A stretch of 64,000 nucleotides of DNA from an uncultured Candidatus Saccharimonas sp. (GCA_963532115.1 CAUSJG010000002.1:12550-76549); one strand, 5' to 3'. Numbered from the stretch's first letter, positions 10,804 through 20,368 are shown. The notes: a model not told the origin generated them from the letters alone. Translations and numbers: made by a program.

Positions 10804-11691
10804 CTAATCACGATTAGCAAGCTTTACTAAACTATCTTCTACTGTTTTCTGAGTTCGATGGCGAGTTTGAGTTTTAGTTTTAGCTTTCGAATTCTGCTTA
10901 ATATTTTTTGATTTTTTAGAAGATTTTTTCGATTTTTTTTCGCCTGTTACATTTTTTAAAACTGGCGCTCGCCCTTTACTCTTTTGAGTCTCAACTTTCG
11001 AAACCTTAACTCCAGCAGGTCGCGCAAACATCATCTTCCCTGCGGCAGTTTGAAGCGAACGAATAAATTCAACTTCACTAATTGTACCAATCAATCCTTC
11101 GCCGTTCTCAACTACAACCATCGTACCATCTGATAAATGCCCAATTCCTTGTTTTTTCTCATTACCTTTTTGAGTAATTTCAAGCATAATTTTTTCGCCC
11201 GGTAAATAATCTGCACGAACCGACTGCACTAGCTCATTAATATTTAAAACTTCGATTCCCTCAACTTTCGCAACTTTATTCAAGTTGTAATCTGCCGTTA
11301 AGATATCAGCATTCATTTTTTTTGCTAGCGAAATCAAACGATTATCCACTCCTTCTGCCGCAGAATTTCCATCCGCCAAAATACTTACAGTTATTTTTTC
11401 TTCATTTTGAAGAGCTGAAATAATATCCAGGCCGTATCTTGCACGAACTCGTTTTTCGTCATCGCCGCCATCCGCCAAAATTTGAAGCTCACCAACTACG
11501 CTCCGCGGAATCAGAATATCAAAATTAATAAATCCAGTTCTTGCTACTGCTAAGAATCGGCCATCAATTAAAATTGATGTGTCAACTAGTACTTGTTTTT
11601 TTGTTTTCGAAATCAACGGTTTATCATTTTTCGAATCAAACCAAATTCCACAAACAATAAATAAAATTAAAAATAGTAAAAATGTTTCCAT
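10804..11691 (-). CDS. PIN/TRAM-domain protein (YacL-like), membrane anchored, Lys-rich tail
   Basis: 295 aa with an N-terminal TM, a PIN-like region (VLVDTSILIDGR) and a TRAM-like segment. Sits next to radA, as in many monoderms. Confidence 0.7.
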   Translation of the reverse strand: METFLLFLILFIVCGIWFDSKNDKPLISKTKKQVLVDTSILIDGRFLAVARTGFINFDILIPRSVVGELQILADGGDDEKRVRARYGLDIISALQNEEKITVSILADGNSAAEGVDNRLISLAKKMNADILTADYNLNKVAKVEGIEVLNINELVQSVRADYLPGEKIMLEITQKGNEKKQGIGHLSDGTMVVVENGEGLIGTISEVEFIRSLQTAAGKMMFARPAGVKVSKVETQKSKGRAPVLKNVTGEKKSKKSSKKSKNIKQNSKAKTKTQTRHRTQKTVEDSLVKLANRD

Positions 11692-11699
11692 ACTTTCCT

Positions 11700-13052
11700 T
11701 TATTGTAAATATTTAATTAAAGCTTCTCGCAAATCACGAACAGATGTCACAATACTATCTTTCGAAGAATTTTTTGGAGCAAGAATATTGTTAAATCCAA
11801 GCTTCTTTGCTTCAGAGATTCTTCTTTCAGCCTGAATCACTGTTCGAATTTCACCGCCCAAGCCAACTTCACCAAAAACTACTACACCGTCAGAGAGTTT
11901 TCGCTTTGCGGCTGCCGAAGCGATAGCCATCGTAACGGCCAAGTCGGCCGCTCGGTCATCAAGTTTTAACCCACCAACCACATTTATGTGAATATCTTTG
12001 TCACTTAGATCAAGTTTAGTTCGTCGCTGAAGAACTGCAATTAATAAATTGAGGCGATTTATATCAAATCCACTTGCCGCTCGCTTTGGATACCCAAAAT
12101 TTGAGGTTGTTACTAAAGCCTGAATCTCAACCAAAATCGGGCGAGTTCCCTCTAGAGTTGCCATAATTATCGAGCCATCCGTATTTTGGCGCTCAGCTAA
12201 AAGTGCCGCCGAAGGATTTTCGACAATTTTCAAACCATTATCAACCATTTCGAAAATCGCCGCCTCGCTAGTTGAACCATAACGATTTTTTACCGCCCGC
12301 ACAACTTTAAATCCACCATATCGGTCGCCCTCAAAATTTAAAACTACATCAACTAAATGCTCAAGTGTTTTTGGCCCAGCGATTGAACCTTCTTTTGTAA
12401 TATGACCAACCAGAATAACAGCCGTTCCAGAACTTTTTGCTGCTTGAATTATTAAATTAGAAGAATTCGTAATTTGCGAAACCGTTCCCGGTGCGCTCGA
12501 AATTTCTTGCATCGCCAAAGTCTGAATCGAATCAATAATCACTAAATCAAAACCACCCTCACGAATTGTTGCTGAAATATCATTAGCCGAAGTTGAGGTG
12601 GCAAATTTAAGATTTTTGGCTTCAGAAGCACCAAGCCTTTTTGCGCGTAATGCTACTTGTTCTGCCGATTCTTCACCCGAAACATACAAAACATTTTTTG
12701 AACCAGCAATAAAAGCCGAAATCTGCATTAAGAGCGTAGATTTTCCAATTCCGGGCTGCCCCGCAATCAAAAGTACTCCTGCCGGCAAAATTCCACCACC
12801 CAAAACAATATCAAGATCTCTTATACCGCTCGAAATCCTTTCTTGTTTTTTTTCAGAAATAACTTCATTCAAATCTTGCACGTTCAAAATACGACCAGTT
12901 TTTGCACTTTTACTGATTGCATTTTTTCCTAAAGCTTCTTCAACTTGCTCAACCAAGGTGTTCCAATGACCACAGTTTTCACATTTTCCCGACCATTTAG
13001 GATAAGAAGCTCCACAATTTTGACATACAAATTTTGTTTTTAACTTCGCCAC
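11700..13052 (-). CDS. radA: DNA repair protein RadA/Sms
   Basis: 450 aa; GTG start. Has a zinc ribbon (CQNCGASYPKWSGKCENCGHW), Walker A (GQPGIGKST), the KNRYG motif and a Lon-like C-terminus. Confidence 0.96.
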   Translation of the reverse strand: MAKLKTKFVCQNCGASYPKWSGKCENCGHWNTLVEQVEEALGKNAISKSAKTGRILNVQDLNEVISEKKQERISSGIRDLDIVLGGGILPAGVLLIAGQPGIGKSTLLMQISAFIAGSKNVLYVSGEESAEQVALRAKRLGASEAKNLKFATSTSANDISATIREGGFDLVIIDSIQTLAMQEISSAPGTVSQITNSSNLIIQAAKSSGTAVILVGHITKEGSIAGPKTLEHLVDVVLNFEGDRYGGFKVVRAVKNRYGSTSEAAIFEMVDNGLKIVENPSAALLAERQNTDGSIIMATLEGTRPILVEIQALVTTSNFGYPKRAASGFDINRLNLLIAVLQRRTKLDLSDKDIHINVVGGLKLDDRAADLAVTMAIASAAAKRKLSDGVVVFGEVGLGGEIRTVIQAERRISEAKKLGFNNILAPKNSSKDSIVTSVRDLREALIKYLQ

Positions 13053-13088
13053 AACTAATATTTTATCACAATAAATCTTTTTTGAAAA

Positions 13089-14081
13089 CTATAAACTTGG
13101 TGAATTTAAATTTGAATTTATACTTTTATAGAGTTCATTTTGCTGGACTGAAACTTCATTAAATTCATTAATTTTCGAATTATAACTATTCACTAAATCA
13201 TTAATTTTCAACCTTGAATTTTCAAGATTTCGAATTCTTTGCAATAATTTTGCACGGTCAGAGTTAAATTCTGCCTGAGTTTCATACTTTCCAGTTTTAG
13301 CATCATTATTAAACTCAGCAATATCTTCCTCCAATTCTTTAGAATCTTCAGAGTATTTTTTTGTAGATTGTTCAATTTCTGGCTTCATTTTTTCAAGCTC
13401 CGCAGTCAAAGATTCCGCTCGGTTCTTTAAATCTTTAAAGTTTTTATTATAACTTTGATAGATCTGAGCGATTTCCCTACGATTTTTAAAAAATTTAGCA
13501 TAATGCTCTTCGAGCTCTTTTGAAATTTCCAGCTGCTCCGTACCAATTAAAGAATGAAGTTCATTGATTCGCTCACCAGGCTCAGTCCGATCATAAGATC
13601 GCATCAGCTTTTCGAAATCCGCATCTTTGACCCTCTCATACTCAGCATTAAGTAGTTTACCAATCTTATCTCGTTCACTCAAGCTCATTCGCTCCCAAAT
13701 TGCATGCAAAAGCTCGTGAGCCGCCGTTACTTCTTTTATACCATCAAGTTTCAAGTTTTTCACATCATAAAGATGAATTTCACCCAACTTATAACACCCC
13801 AAAATCGCTGAATCTTCTTCACGATTTTTGCAATTTTTATTAAATTCCTCTGAATCTTCAACCTTTGGATTAGAAGCGTAAAAAATTGTCTTAGCATTAG
13901 TAGTTGGTTTAATTTTATTTTCTATTTTTAAAATTTCAGAATCTGGCTTATAATTTTGTGCTGCAAAATAATCACGAATCCCGCGTTGGTTAGATAACAC
14001 AAAAAATGCTGCACTACCAATAATAGCAATAACAACTAAAGTTCGAGCCACTCTCCAAAAAGTTTTCTGTTGAAAAATCAT
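13089..14081 (-). CDS. membrane-anchored putative zinc metallopeptidase with long coiled-coil tail
   Basis: 330 aa; N-terminal TM helix, HELLH (HExxH) motif, and a C-terminal half rich in heptad-like E/K/L repeats. Confidence 0.55.
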   Translation of the reverse strand: MIFQQKTFWRVARTLVVIAIIGSAAFFVLSNQRGIRDYFAAQNYKPDSEILKIENKIKPTTNAKTIFYASNPKVEDSEEFNKNCKNREEDSAILGCYKLGEIHLYDVKNLKLDGIKEVTAAHELLHAIWERMSLSERDKIGKLLNAEYERVKDADFEKLMRSYDRTEPGERINELHSLIGTEQLEISKELEEHYAKFFKNRREIAQIYQSYNKNFKDLKNRAESLTAELEKMKPEIEQSTKKYSEDSKELEEDIAEFNNDAKTGKYETQAEFNSDRAKLLQRIRNLENSRLKINDLVNSYNSKINEFNEVSVQQNELYKSINSNLNSPSL

Positions 14082-14107
14082 ATCATAACCATTATAATAT
14101 TTTTATG
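14070..14107 (+). promoter_or_regulatory. sigma70-type promoter abutting start codon (leaderless-type)
   Basis: TTGAAA-17 nt-TATAAT-attttt-ATG. Confidence 0.55.
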
Positions 14108-14782
14108 AGAAAAAAGCAAAGTATTTTTCGAAGAAGGAGAATTTTTGGTTTATTTTTTATAGCCATAATCGCAATTGCATCAATTTTAGCAAATCAAGAT
14201 TTTTGGCAAACTTCAAAACTAGACTCAAACAAAAAATTAGATTTTCAAACTTCTTTAACTGATTTAAACTCACTTGAAGTTAAAGGCCGTTCACCAAAAA
14301 CCGGTTATTCTCGCGAGCAATTTGGTAAAGGCTGGGCAAAAGATTCTAGCGGTTGCGACACGCGAAATCGTATTTTAAAACGCGATTTAATAAATGTTGT
14401 AGAAAATTCAGACTGCAAAATTTTAAGCGGAATCCTAAAAGACCCTTACACCGGTAAAGAAATTAATTTTTCACGCAAACAAAATGCTTCTGCTGTTCAA
14501 ATCGACCATGTCGTTGCACTTTCTGATGCTTGGCAAAAGGGCGCCCAACAGTTTTCGAAAGAAAAACGAATTGAATTTGCGAATGATCCACTAAATCTTT
14601 TAGCTTCAGATGGCCCAGCTAATCAGCAAAAAGGTGATTCTGATGCCGCCTCTTGGCTTCCTTCAAATAAAGATTTTCGCTGTGAATATATTTCTCGCCA
14701 AATTTCAATCAAGAAAAAATACTCAATTTGGGTAACTACCTCTGAAAAATCAGCAATGCAAAATATTTTGCAAAATTGCTAA
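14105..14782 (+). CDS. exported DUF1524/HNH-type nuclease-like protein
   Basis: 225 aa; N-terminal signal/TM. The block IDHVVALSDAWQKGA...FANDPLNLLASDGPANQQKGDSDAASWLP matches the GmrSD C-terminal (DUF1524) nuclease motif as I recall it. Confidence 0.7.
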   Translation: MRKKQSIFRRRRIFGLFFIAIIAIASILANQDFWQTSKLDSNKKLDFQTSLTDLNSLEVKGRSPKTGYSREQFGKGWAKDSSGCDTRNRILKRDLINVVENSDCKILSGILKDPYTGKEINFSRKQNASAVQIDHVVALSDAWQKGAQQFSKEKRIEFANDPLNLLASDGPANQQKGDSDAASWLPSNKDFRCEYISRQISIKKKYSIWVTTSEKSAMQNILQNC

Positions 14783-15768
14783 TCGGTAATTTCAAACCAA
14801 TCAAACTTTTTAAAATTCTCACCCTCAACTATTGCCACAGCAAGCTGCATCTCGCTATTTTTTATATTATTTTTGTAAGCAAAAAATTCTGCTGCGAACC
14901 TCATTTGATTAATTTTATTCTTTGAAATTGCGGCCTCTCCACCACCAAAATCATTGTTTTTTCGAAATTTAACCTCTGTAAAATAGTAATTTTTACCATA
15001 TTTCGAAACAATATCGATTTCGCAAAATTTCGTTCGCCAATTTCGCTCCAGAATATCGTGTTTCTCTTGCTTTAGGAATTCCGCCACAAAATCCTCGGCT
15101 TTATCACCAAGCTCTTTTGTAGTAATTTTTTCAGCTTTCTTCACCTTAAAGGTGTTCACGCTCTTATTTTTAGAATTTTCTAAAAATTCCGCAATTGGTT
15201 TAAAACTTTTGCGATGAACTCTGCTCACTCCAAATTCAGATAAAGCTGCTCTATGTTTTGATGTCCCATAGCCCGCGTGGCTCTCAAAACCAAATGGCGC
15301 AAACTCAGGTTTTTTCGAAAGCTCTGCCATAAAATTATCTCTCGCAACTTTTGCGCAAATTGCAGCCGCAGAAACGCTTGAAATTAGTAAATCAGCCTTT
15401 TTAAGAGTGGAAGCATATTTTTCAAGCGGCGTACCAGCCAAAAAATTTATAGTGCCATCAATAATAATTTCATCAAATTTGATATTTTGTTTTTTACATT
15501 TTAGCTGCACTTCCTTAACAGCTCGCCTTGTTGCAAGTTTTAAGGCAGCACTTAAACCAATTTCATCAAGCTCATCGTTTGAAACCCATCCTAAGCCAAT
15601 AATCGCAGAACTTTCGTAAATCTCTGCCGATAGCTTCTCTCTCTGCTTTTTTGAAAGAGCTTTCGAATCTGTTAGCCCTTCAATTTTGGCACCATTCAAA
15701 ACGCAAGCACCCACAACCAAAGGCCCAGCCCACGCTCCACGACCAACTTCATCAATCCCGAGAATCAT
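14779..15768 (-). CDS. rnhB: ribonuclease HII fused to a YraN (UPF0102) endonuclease-like C-terminal domain
   Basis: aa 1-205: GIDEVGRGAWAGPL, DSK, SAAAICAKV (RNase HII). aa ~215-329: GDKAEDFVAEFL...FCEIDIVS...YFTEVKFR (YraN-type PD-(D/E)xK). Confidence 0.85.
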   Translation of the reverse strand: MILGIDEVGRGAWAGPLVVGACVLNGAKIEGLTDSKALSKKQREKLSAEIYESSAIIGLGWVSNDELDEIGLSAALKLATRRAVKEVQLKCKKQNIKFDEIIIDGTINFLAGTPLEKYASTLKKADLLISSVSAAAICAKVARDNFMAELSKKPEFAPFGFESHAGYGTSKHRAALSEFGVSRVHRKSFKPIAEFLENSKNKSVNTFKVKKAEKITTKELGDKAEDFVAEFLKQEKHDILERNWRTKFCEIDIVSKYGKNYYFTEVKFRKNNDFGGGEAAISKNKINQMRFAAEFFAYKNNIKNSEMQLAVAIVEGENFKKFDWFEITD

Positions 15769-16648
15769 TTTTTTGCCTATCTTTATATATTATCGCAACC
15801 TTATAAGCAAACATAACAGATTCAAAACCACTAATCGAGACAAATGTTAACATTATAAGCCTATCTAATACTAAATCTGACATATTTGAGTTTCTTAAAC
15901 AAAAATATAAAATACACCCAACAATCTGGATAATGTATTGCAATTTTATAAACTTCAATCTATAAGATATTATTTTATCTTCTTTTAGTTTCGAACTTCG
16001 CCTCTTAAAAATAGCTTGAAATATAGAAAAAAGAATAAATGAAATTATTACAGAATATACAAGACTGTCGCGATAAGTATAAATTGCTACATTAAGATTA
16101 AAAGCCTTTATGAGTAAAATAAAAACTGCAAGATAAGCTACAAAAATTGGAATGTATAGTAAAGTTTTTGACTCCATAATTTCCTTATTTTTCGCATAGA
16201 ATTCAGCCTTCTCTTTTCTAATTTCTTCATCTTCAGTCTCTTTCAATTCCTTATTGTCAAAAAAATGGAGAAATCTATAAGAAAGAGTAAAAATTTGACT
16301 AAATATAAAGCCATAAAACAATATAACTGAAGCAATAACAGCCGCAGCAATAATAACCAATGGATGGAGAGAGTTATATATAGGCACACCGATAAGTTCC
16401 AAAATAGCCAAAATATAAGTTATTTTCATGATCCCGTTTCGAATTTTCTTAATTTTTCTAAACCCAAAATTACCTTTTAACTTTTCAAGAATGAGTATGG
16501 CTATACAGCAAAGGACAAAAATTATAAAACTAACTATTGCAAGATGGGAAAGAACTTTAAAATCAAAAAGATATCTGATTAGTGTTTGATTTAGAAATAT
16601 AAATATAGTTATAAATATAGCTAAAAATGGAATATAGATCATAAGCAT
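15752..16648 (-). CDS. multi-pass membrane protein, unknown function
   Basis: 298 aa with about 8 hydrophobic segments. Overlaps the rnhB start by 17 nt. Confidence 0.6.
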   Translation of the reverse strand: MLMIYIPFLAIFITIFIFLNQTLIRYLFDFKVLSHLAIVSFIIFVLCCIAILILEKLKGNFGFRKIKKIRNGIMKITYILAILELIGVPIYNSLHPLVIIAAAVIASVILFYGFIFSQIFTLSYRFLHFFDNKELKETEDEEIRKEKAEFYAKNKEIMESKTLLYIPIFVAYLAVFILLIKAFNLNVAIYTYRDSLVYSVIISFILFSIFQAIFKRRSSKLKEDKIISYRLKFIKLQYIIQIVGCILYFCLRNSNMSDLVLDRLIMLTFVSISGFESVMFAYKVAIIYKDRQKNDSRD

Positions 16649-16764
16649 TATTATACACTGTACTATGAAAAAAACAATGCTTATCTTTAATTTAATAACT
16701 TCATCAATTTAAAATATTAATTCTAAACTACAATGCTCATAATAATATTAAATTCTAGCTAAAC

Positions 16765-16792
16765 AAAAACCGCCCAAAATTTGAGCGATTTT
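16765..16792 (-). terminator. intrinsic terminator (conserved repeat copy 2)
   Basis: Minus strand AAAAUCGCUCAAAUUUUGGGCGGUUUUU after rplL. Confidence 0.75.
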
Positions 16793-16831
16793 CGAAAATC
16801 TTAAATTAGGTCGATTAGTTTTATATTAAAA

Positions 16832-17197
16832 TTAAGCAAGCTCAACAGTTGCGCCAGCTTCTTCAAGTTTCTTTTTAGCTTCTTCAGCTTCATCTTTAGA
16901 AACTTTTTCTTTAACTGGTGCTGGAGCACCGTCAACGATAGCTTTAGCTTCACCAAGTCCAAGACCTGTGATTTCTTTAACTGCTTTAATAACAGCAACT
17001 TTTTGGGCACCAGCGTCTTTCAAAGTAACTGTAAATTCTGTTTTTTCGTCAGCAGCGTCAGCAGCACCGGCAGTAGCGGCAACAGCAACAGCAGCTGGTT
17101 CAATTCCGTATTCCTCTTTGAGGTGTTCTTTCAATTCGTTAGCTTCAAGAATAGTCAATTTTACCAATTCTTCAGCCAATTTTTTAATGTCAGCCAT
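16832..17197 (-). CDS. rplL: 50S ribosomal protein L7/L12
   Basis: 121 aa; Ala-rich hinge and a conserved C-terminal domain ([27 protein letters not shown]). Confidence 0.97.
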   Translation of the reverse strand: MADIKKLAEELVKLTILEANELKEHLKEEYGIEPAAVAVAATAGAADAADEKTEFTVTLKDAGAQKVAVIKAVKEITGLGLGEAKAIVDGAPAPVKEKVSKDEAEEAKKKLEEAGATVELA

Positions 17198-17242
17198 TTT
17201 TGACTCCTTTAAAAATTTAAGTGGTTAATATTCTAAAATAAA

Positions 17243-17752
17243 TTAATTGGTTGCTTTTCGAAATTCCAAATCTTCGTTTGTAAGACCACCAGCAATCGCG
17301 TTGATTGGCGAAAGAAGTGTATCCACAATTTGACCAATAAGTTGATCTCTGCTTGGAAGTTCTGAAAGTGTCGTAACAGTTGCAGTATCCATTACATCGC
17401 CGTTGTCAGCAAACGCACCAACAAGTTTCATTTCTGGGTGAGTTTTCGCAAATTTACCCAAAACTTGCGCAGCAGCAATCTCGTCTTCGCTTGAAATTGC
17501 GTAAACAAGTTGCCCTTTTAATGCGGAAGTGTCAGATTCTTTTAGAGCTTCAACTTCTTGCATTGCAACACGCACTAGGCGGTTTTTAACAACTTTGATT
17601 TGAACACCAGCTTCGCGAGCTTCTTTTCGAAGTTCTTGAAGGTCGGCAACTGTCAAACCTTTATATTCAGCAAAAGCTGTCATTTTTGCGTCTTTAAGAG
17701 CGGCGCTTAATTCAGCAACCAATTGGTTCTTTTTATCGCGTGATAATGCCAT
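17243..17752 (-). CDS. rplJ: 50S ribosomal protein L10
   Basis: Trimmed to ATG 17752 (MALSRDKKNQLVAELS...) with an AAGGAG RBS; directly upstream of rplL. Confidence 0.93.
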   Translation of the reverse strand: MALSRDKKNQLVAELSAALKDAKMTAFAEYKGLTVADLQELRKEAREAGVQIKVVKNRLVRVAMQEVEALKESDTSALKGQLVYAISSEDEIAAAQVLGKFAKTHPEMKLVGAFADNGDVMDTATVTTLSELPSRDQLIGQIVDTLLSPINAIAGGLTNEDLEFRKATN

Positions 17753-17907
17753 AAAAACTCCTTTTTTGGTTAATATTCTTCGACCCAATTGTTAAGATTC
17801 TGGCGTTTTGAAAGCCTCCCTTCAAAACTCGTTGGCAGATAGAAAAAGTATTCCTCGGTAGCAGATTAAGCCTAGCTAACGCGAGGCGGCTACTGTCTCT
17901 GGCAACT
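17753..17907 (-). promoter_or_regulatory. structured 5' leader of rplJ-rplL (candidate L10 autoregulatory leader)
   Basis: A ~155-nt GC-enriched leader between the promoter and the RBS. It contains nested helices, e.g. GUUUUGAA-GGGAGGC-UUUCAAAAC and CAGUAGC...GCUACCG. The family assignment rests on position only. Confidence 0.45.
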
Positions 17908-17913
17908 TGTTTT

Positions 17914-17942
17914 ATTTTAGCACAAAAAAACTAAAATTTCAA
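17914..17942 (-). promoter_or_regulatory. rplJL promoter
   Basis: Minus strand TTGAAA-17 nt-(TGC)TAAAAT. Confidence 0.6.
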
Positions 17943-17986
17943 GCGTTTTAAGCTCAAAAATCTTACAAAAATGTCTAATTCTATTA

Positions 17987-18015
17987 TTGACAAGCTAAAA
18001 TATTTTTACTATAAT
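17987..18015 (+). promoter_or_regulatory. perfect consensus sigma70 promoter
   Basis: TTGACA-17 nt-TATAAT, divergent from the rplJ promoter. Confidence 0.7.
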
Positions 18016-18021
18016 TTAATA

Positions 18022-18233
18022 GTTATCAATTGTTGAAAGTTCATATTAGATATAAAAAATCTTTTATTCTCAATCCAATAAATGATAACTAAAAAACTTC
18101 CTAAGAAAGGAAGCAGTTCTTTAACCGAGTAGTTTTATAAACTATCCCACTAGTTTATAAAATGAATCATATCTCCACCAGTGAGATTAGCTATTTATTA
18201 CGGTTACGCTTATCCTTGCGTAGCCGTTTTTTT
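18022..18233 (+). ncRNA. candidate ~210-nt non-coding RNA of unknown family
   Basis: Bounded by the consensus promoter and an intrinsic terminator (CGGUUACGC-loop-GCGUAGCCG + U7, 18201-18233). Contains four further hairpins, including a perfect 12-bp one at 18134-18163. No plausible ORF with an RBS. Confidence 0.5.
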
Positions 18234-18398
18234 ATTGCGTAAAATTAAGTCGTTCTAAGCCCAGAAGCAGAATAAACTCCAACAGAATATTAACTGCACT
18301 ACTACCGTTTTTAGTCTCTGCTGAGTTTTTTCATAGTAAAATAAAATGTTTAAAATCTAAAAATTCTAAGAGCAACTCTCGCCAACTTTTCTAAAAAA

Positions 18399-18419
18399 TG
18401 TTATAATTAAATTATTATG
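18399..18419 (+). promoter_or_regulatory. extended -10 promoter close to start codon (near-leaderless)
   Basis: TGTTATAAT-taaattatt-ATG. Confidence 0.45.
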
Positions 18420-20366
18420 AAAAATTTAAAAAAGCTTGATTTCAAAAAATACTTTAAAGAATTTTTTAAAAAATATTTATCTGAAAAATCACAAAAAAAC
18501 GTTATAAAATACGCAAAAATTGGCAAAAAAATTATTCAAAGCAAAGCTACTTTTTTGATATTTTCAACGATTTGTATTTATTTATTGGGAGCTTTTCTTG
18601 CAAAATATATTTTAAATCTCCAATTTGGTGGCTGGGAAAAGGCTAATGAATTCCTTTCGAAAAATCCAAAAATTGCCGAGTATAGCCAAATTATAACAAT
18701 TTTAGTCAGTTTTTTATTTGTTGGAATCTTTCGAAACTGGCGAATTTCAATGGGCATTTTGTTTTCGCTCGCCACAGTTTTGATGTATATCAATACTGAA
18801 AAAATGGCCTCACGCAATACACCGTTTTTGCCTGAAGATTTAGCAATGTCTGGTGAGGCTGGCGGACTAGCCTCGATGATTAATTTAGAACGATTTTTAA
18901 ATATGCTTTTTACGATTGTAGTAATTATAATCATAACCATTATTATAAATAAAATTTCAAAAAAAATCTGGCATTTTAAATTTTCAAAAAAGCAAAAAAT
19001 AGCAATCTTTATTCCACAAATTGCTCTAATTCTAATTTGTGCGCACTTTTTAAATTTACACACTTTAGAAATTCGAAACCTCAGTGGAAAAGGCACTTTC
19101 ATTAAAGTTGAGAATCTCGAGACTTCTATTGACTTCACTGATCAAGCTTACAACTACCGAACTAATGGCTTTATTTTAGCAACGATCTCAAACCTTCAAA
19201 CTAAAACTCAAAAACAGCCAGAAGGTTATTCGAAAGAAGCCGTGCAAAAAATTGTCCAAAAATACCAAAAAATTGCTGAAGAAAATAATAAAAATCGCAA
19301 AAAATTAAGTGATGAAAAAGTAAATGTCGTTTATGTGATGAGCGAGAGTTTTATCGACCCAAAGCTTGGCAAGCATCTTTATGATTACGGAAATAAAGAG
19401 CCAATTCCATACACACAAGAAATTAAAAAATCACAAAGTTCTGGTTGGGCTGCCTCAAGCGAATATGGTGGTGGAACAGCCAATGTAGAATTCGAAGCTT
19501 TAACAGGATTAAGTAATTTCTTCCTAAATTCAATTCCCTATACTTCAATTGTACCTACAAATAAAGACACACCTTCAATCGTGAAAAATTTTAATGAAAA
19601 CGGCTACAAAACAATCGCAATGCATCCGTATAATCGCAATATGTATCGCCGTGAAGTCGTTTATCCAAACCTTAGTTTCCAAGAATATAAGAGTGCTGAT
19701 GGTTTCAAAAATAATTCAAAAATTGATAACTCAAAATATATTTCAGATGAATCTGCCTTTAATGAAGTTTTAGCTGAATTAAAAAATAGCCAAAAACCTG
19801 AATTCATTCATCTGGTGACGATGCAAAATCATATGCCCTATGAAGAAAATGCTTATTCAGAACATAATTTTAGCGTTAATGCAAAAAATGGCGCAAATCC
19901 AGAAAATGCAAAAACTGTTCAAGCTTATCTTGAAGGAATTTCACGTTCAGATAAAGCAATGAAAAATTTTCTTTCTGAAATTGAAAAATTAAACAAAAAA
20001 ACCATTGTAGTTTTCTGGGGCGATCACTGGCCAGGAATTTATGGCGAAATGTTCGAAAAAGAATTAAATAAAAATGATATTCGCCGCACACCACTTTTTG
20101 TTTATTCGAATTTTAAAAAAGAAAAGCAAGATTTAGGAACTTCAAGTTTAATTTATAATCAGATTTTAGCCCTAAATGCATTCAATTCAAAACTTTCGCC
20201 ATTTCAATATTTATTAAGTGATTTGCGAGAAAAATATCCAGCCTTAACTAAACAATTCGTAAAAATAGACGAAAAAAGTGACATTTTAAAAGATTTCGAA
20301 ATGATTGAATACGACATTTTAAGCGGAAATAAATACAGCCTTGGTGATTTTTATAAAATCAAATAA
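18417..20366 (+). CDS. LtaS-like sulfatase-family membrane protein (phosphoglycerol/lipoteichoic-acid-synthase type)
   Basis: 649 aa; N-terminal multi-TM region plus an extracellular alkaline-phosphatase-superfamily domain (VVYVMSESF, GGTANVEFEALTG, WGDHWP). Confidence 0.8.
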   Translation: MKNLKKLDFKKYFKEFFKKYLSEKSQKNVIKYAKIGKKIIQSKATFLIFSTICIYLLGAFLAKYILNLQFGGWEKANEFLSKNPKIAEYSQIITILVSFLFVGIFRNWRISMGILFSLATVLMYINTEKMASRNTPFLPEDLAMSGEAGGLASMINLERFLNMLFTIVVIIIITIIINKISKKIWHFKFSKKQKIAIFIPQIALILICAHFLNLHTLEIRNLSGKGTFIKVENLETSIDFTDQAYNYRTNGFILATISNLQTKTQKQPEGYSKEAVQKIVQKYQKIAEENNKNRKKLSDEKVNVVYVMSESFIDPKLGKHLYDYGNKEPIPYTQEIKKSQSSGWAASSEYGGGTANVEFEALTGLSNFFLNSIPYTSIVPTNKDTPSIVKNFNENGYKTIAMHPYNRNMYRREVVYPNLSFQEYKSADGFKNNSKIDNSKYISDESAFNEVLAELKNSQKPEFIHLVTMQNHMPYEENAYSEHNFSVNAKNGANPENAKTVQAYLEGISRSDKAMKNFLSEIEKLNKKTIVVFWGDHWPGIYGEMFEKELNKNDIRRTPLFVYSNFKKEKQDLGTSSLIYNQILALNAFNSKLSPFQYLLSDLREKYPALTKQFVKIDEKSDILKDFEMIEYDILSGNKYSLGDFYKIK

Positions 20367-20368
20367 TT

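Noticed and set aside
16801-17228. ORFs 16801-17010 (-), 16968-17228 (+) and 17003-17203 (+).
   Set aside because: They are alternative-frame or antisense shadows of the unambiguous rplL gene.
18097-18180. GGAAGCAG (SRP-RNA-like) and CUCCACCA (tRNA/tmRNA 3'-end-like) strings in the orphan RNA region.
   Set aside because: There is no GNRA tetraloop or symmetric-loop context for SRP domain IV. There is also no T-arm (GGUUCGA) or acceptor pairing for tmRNA or tRNA. The short matches are probably fortuitous.
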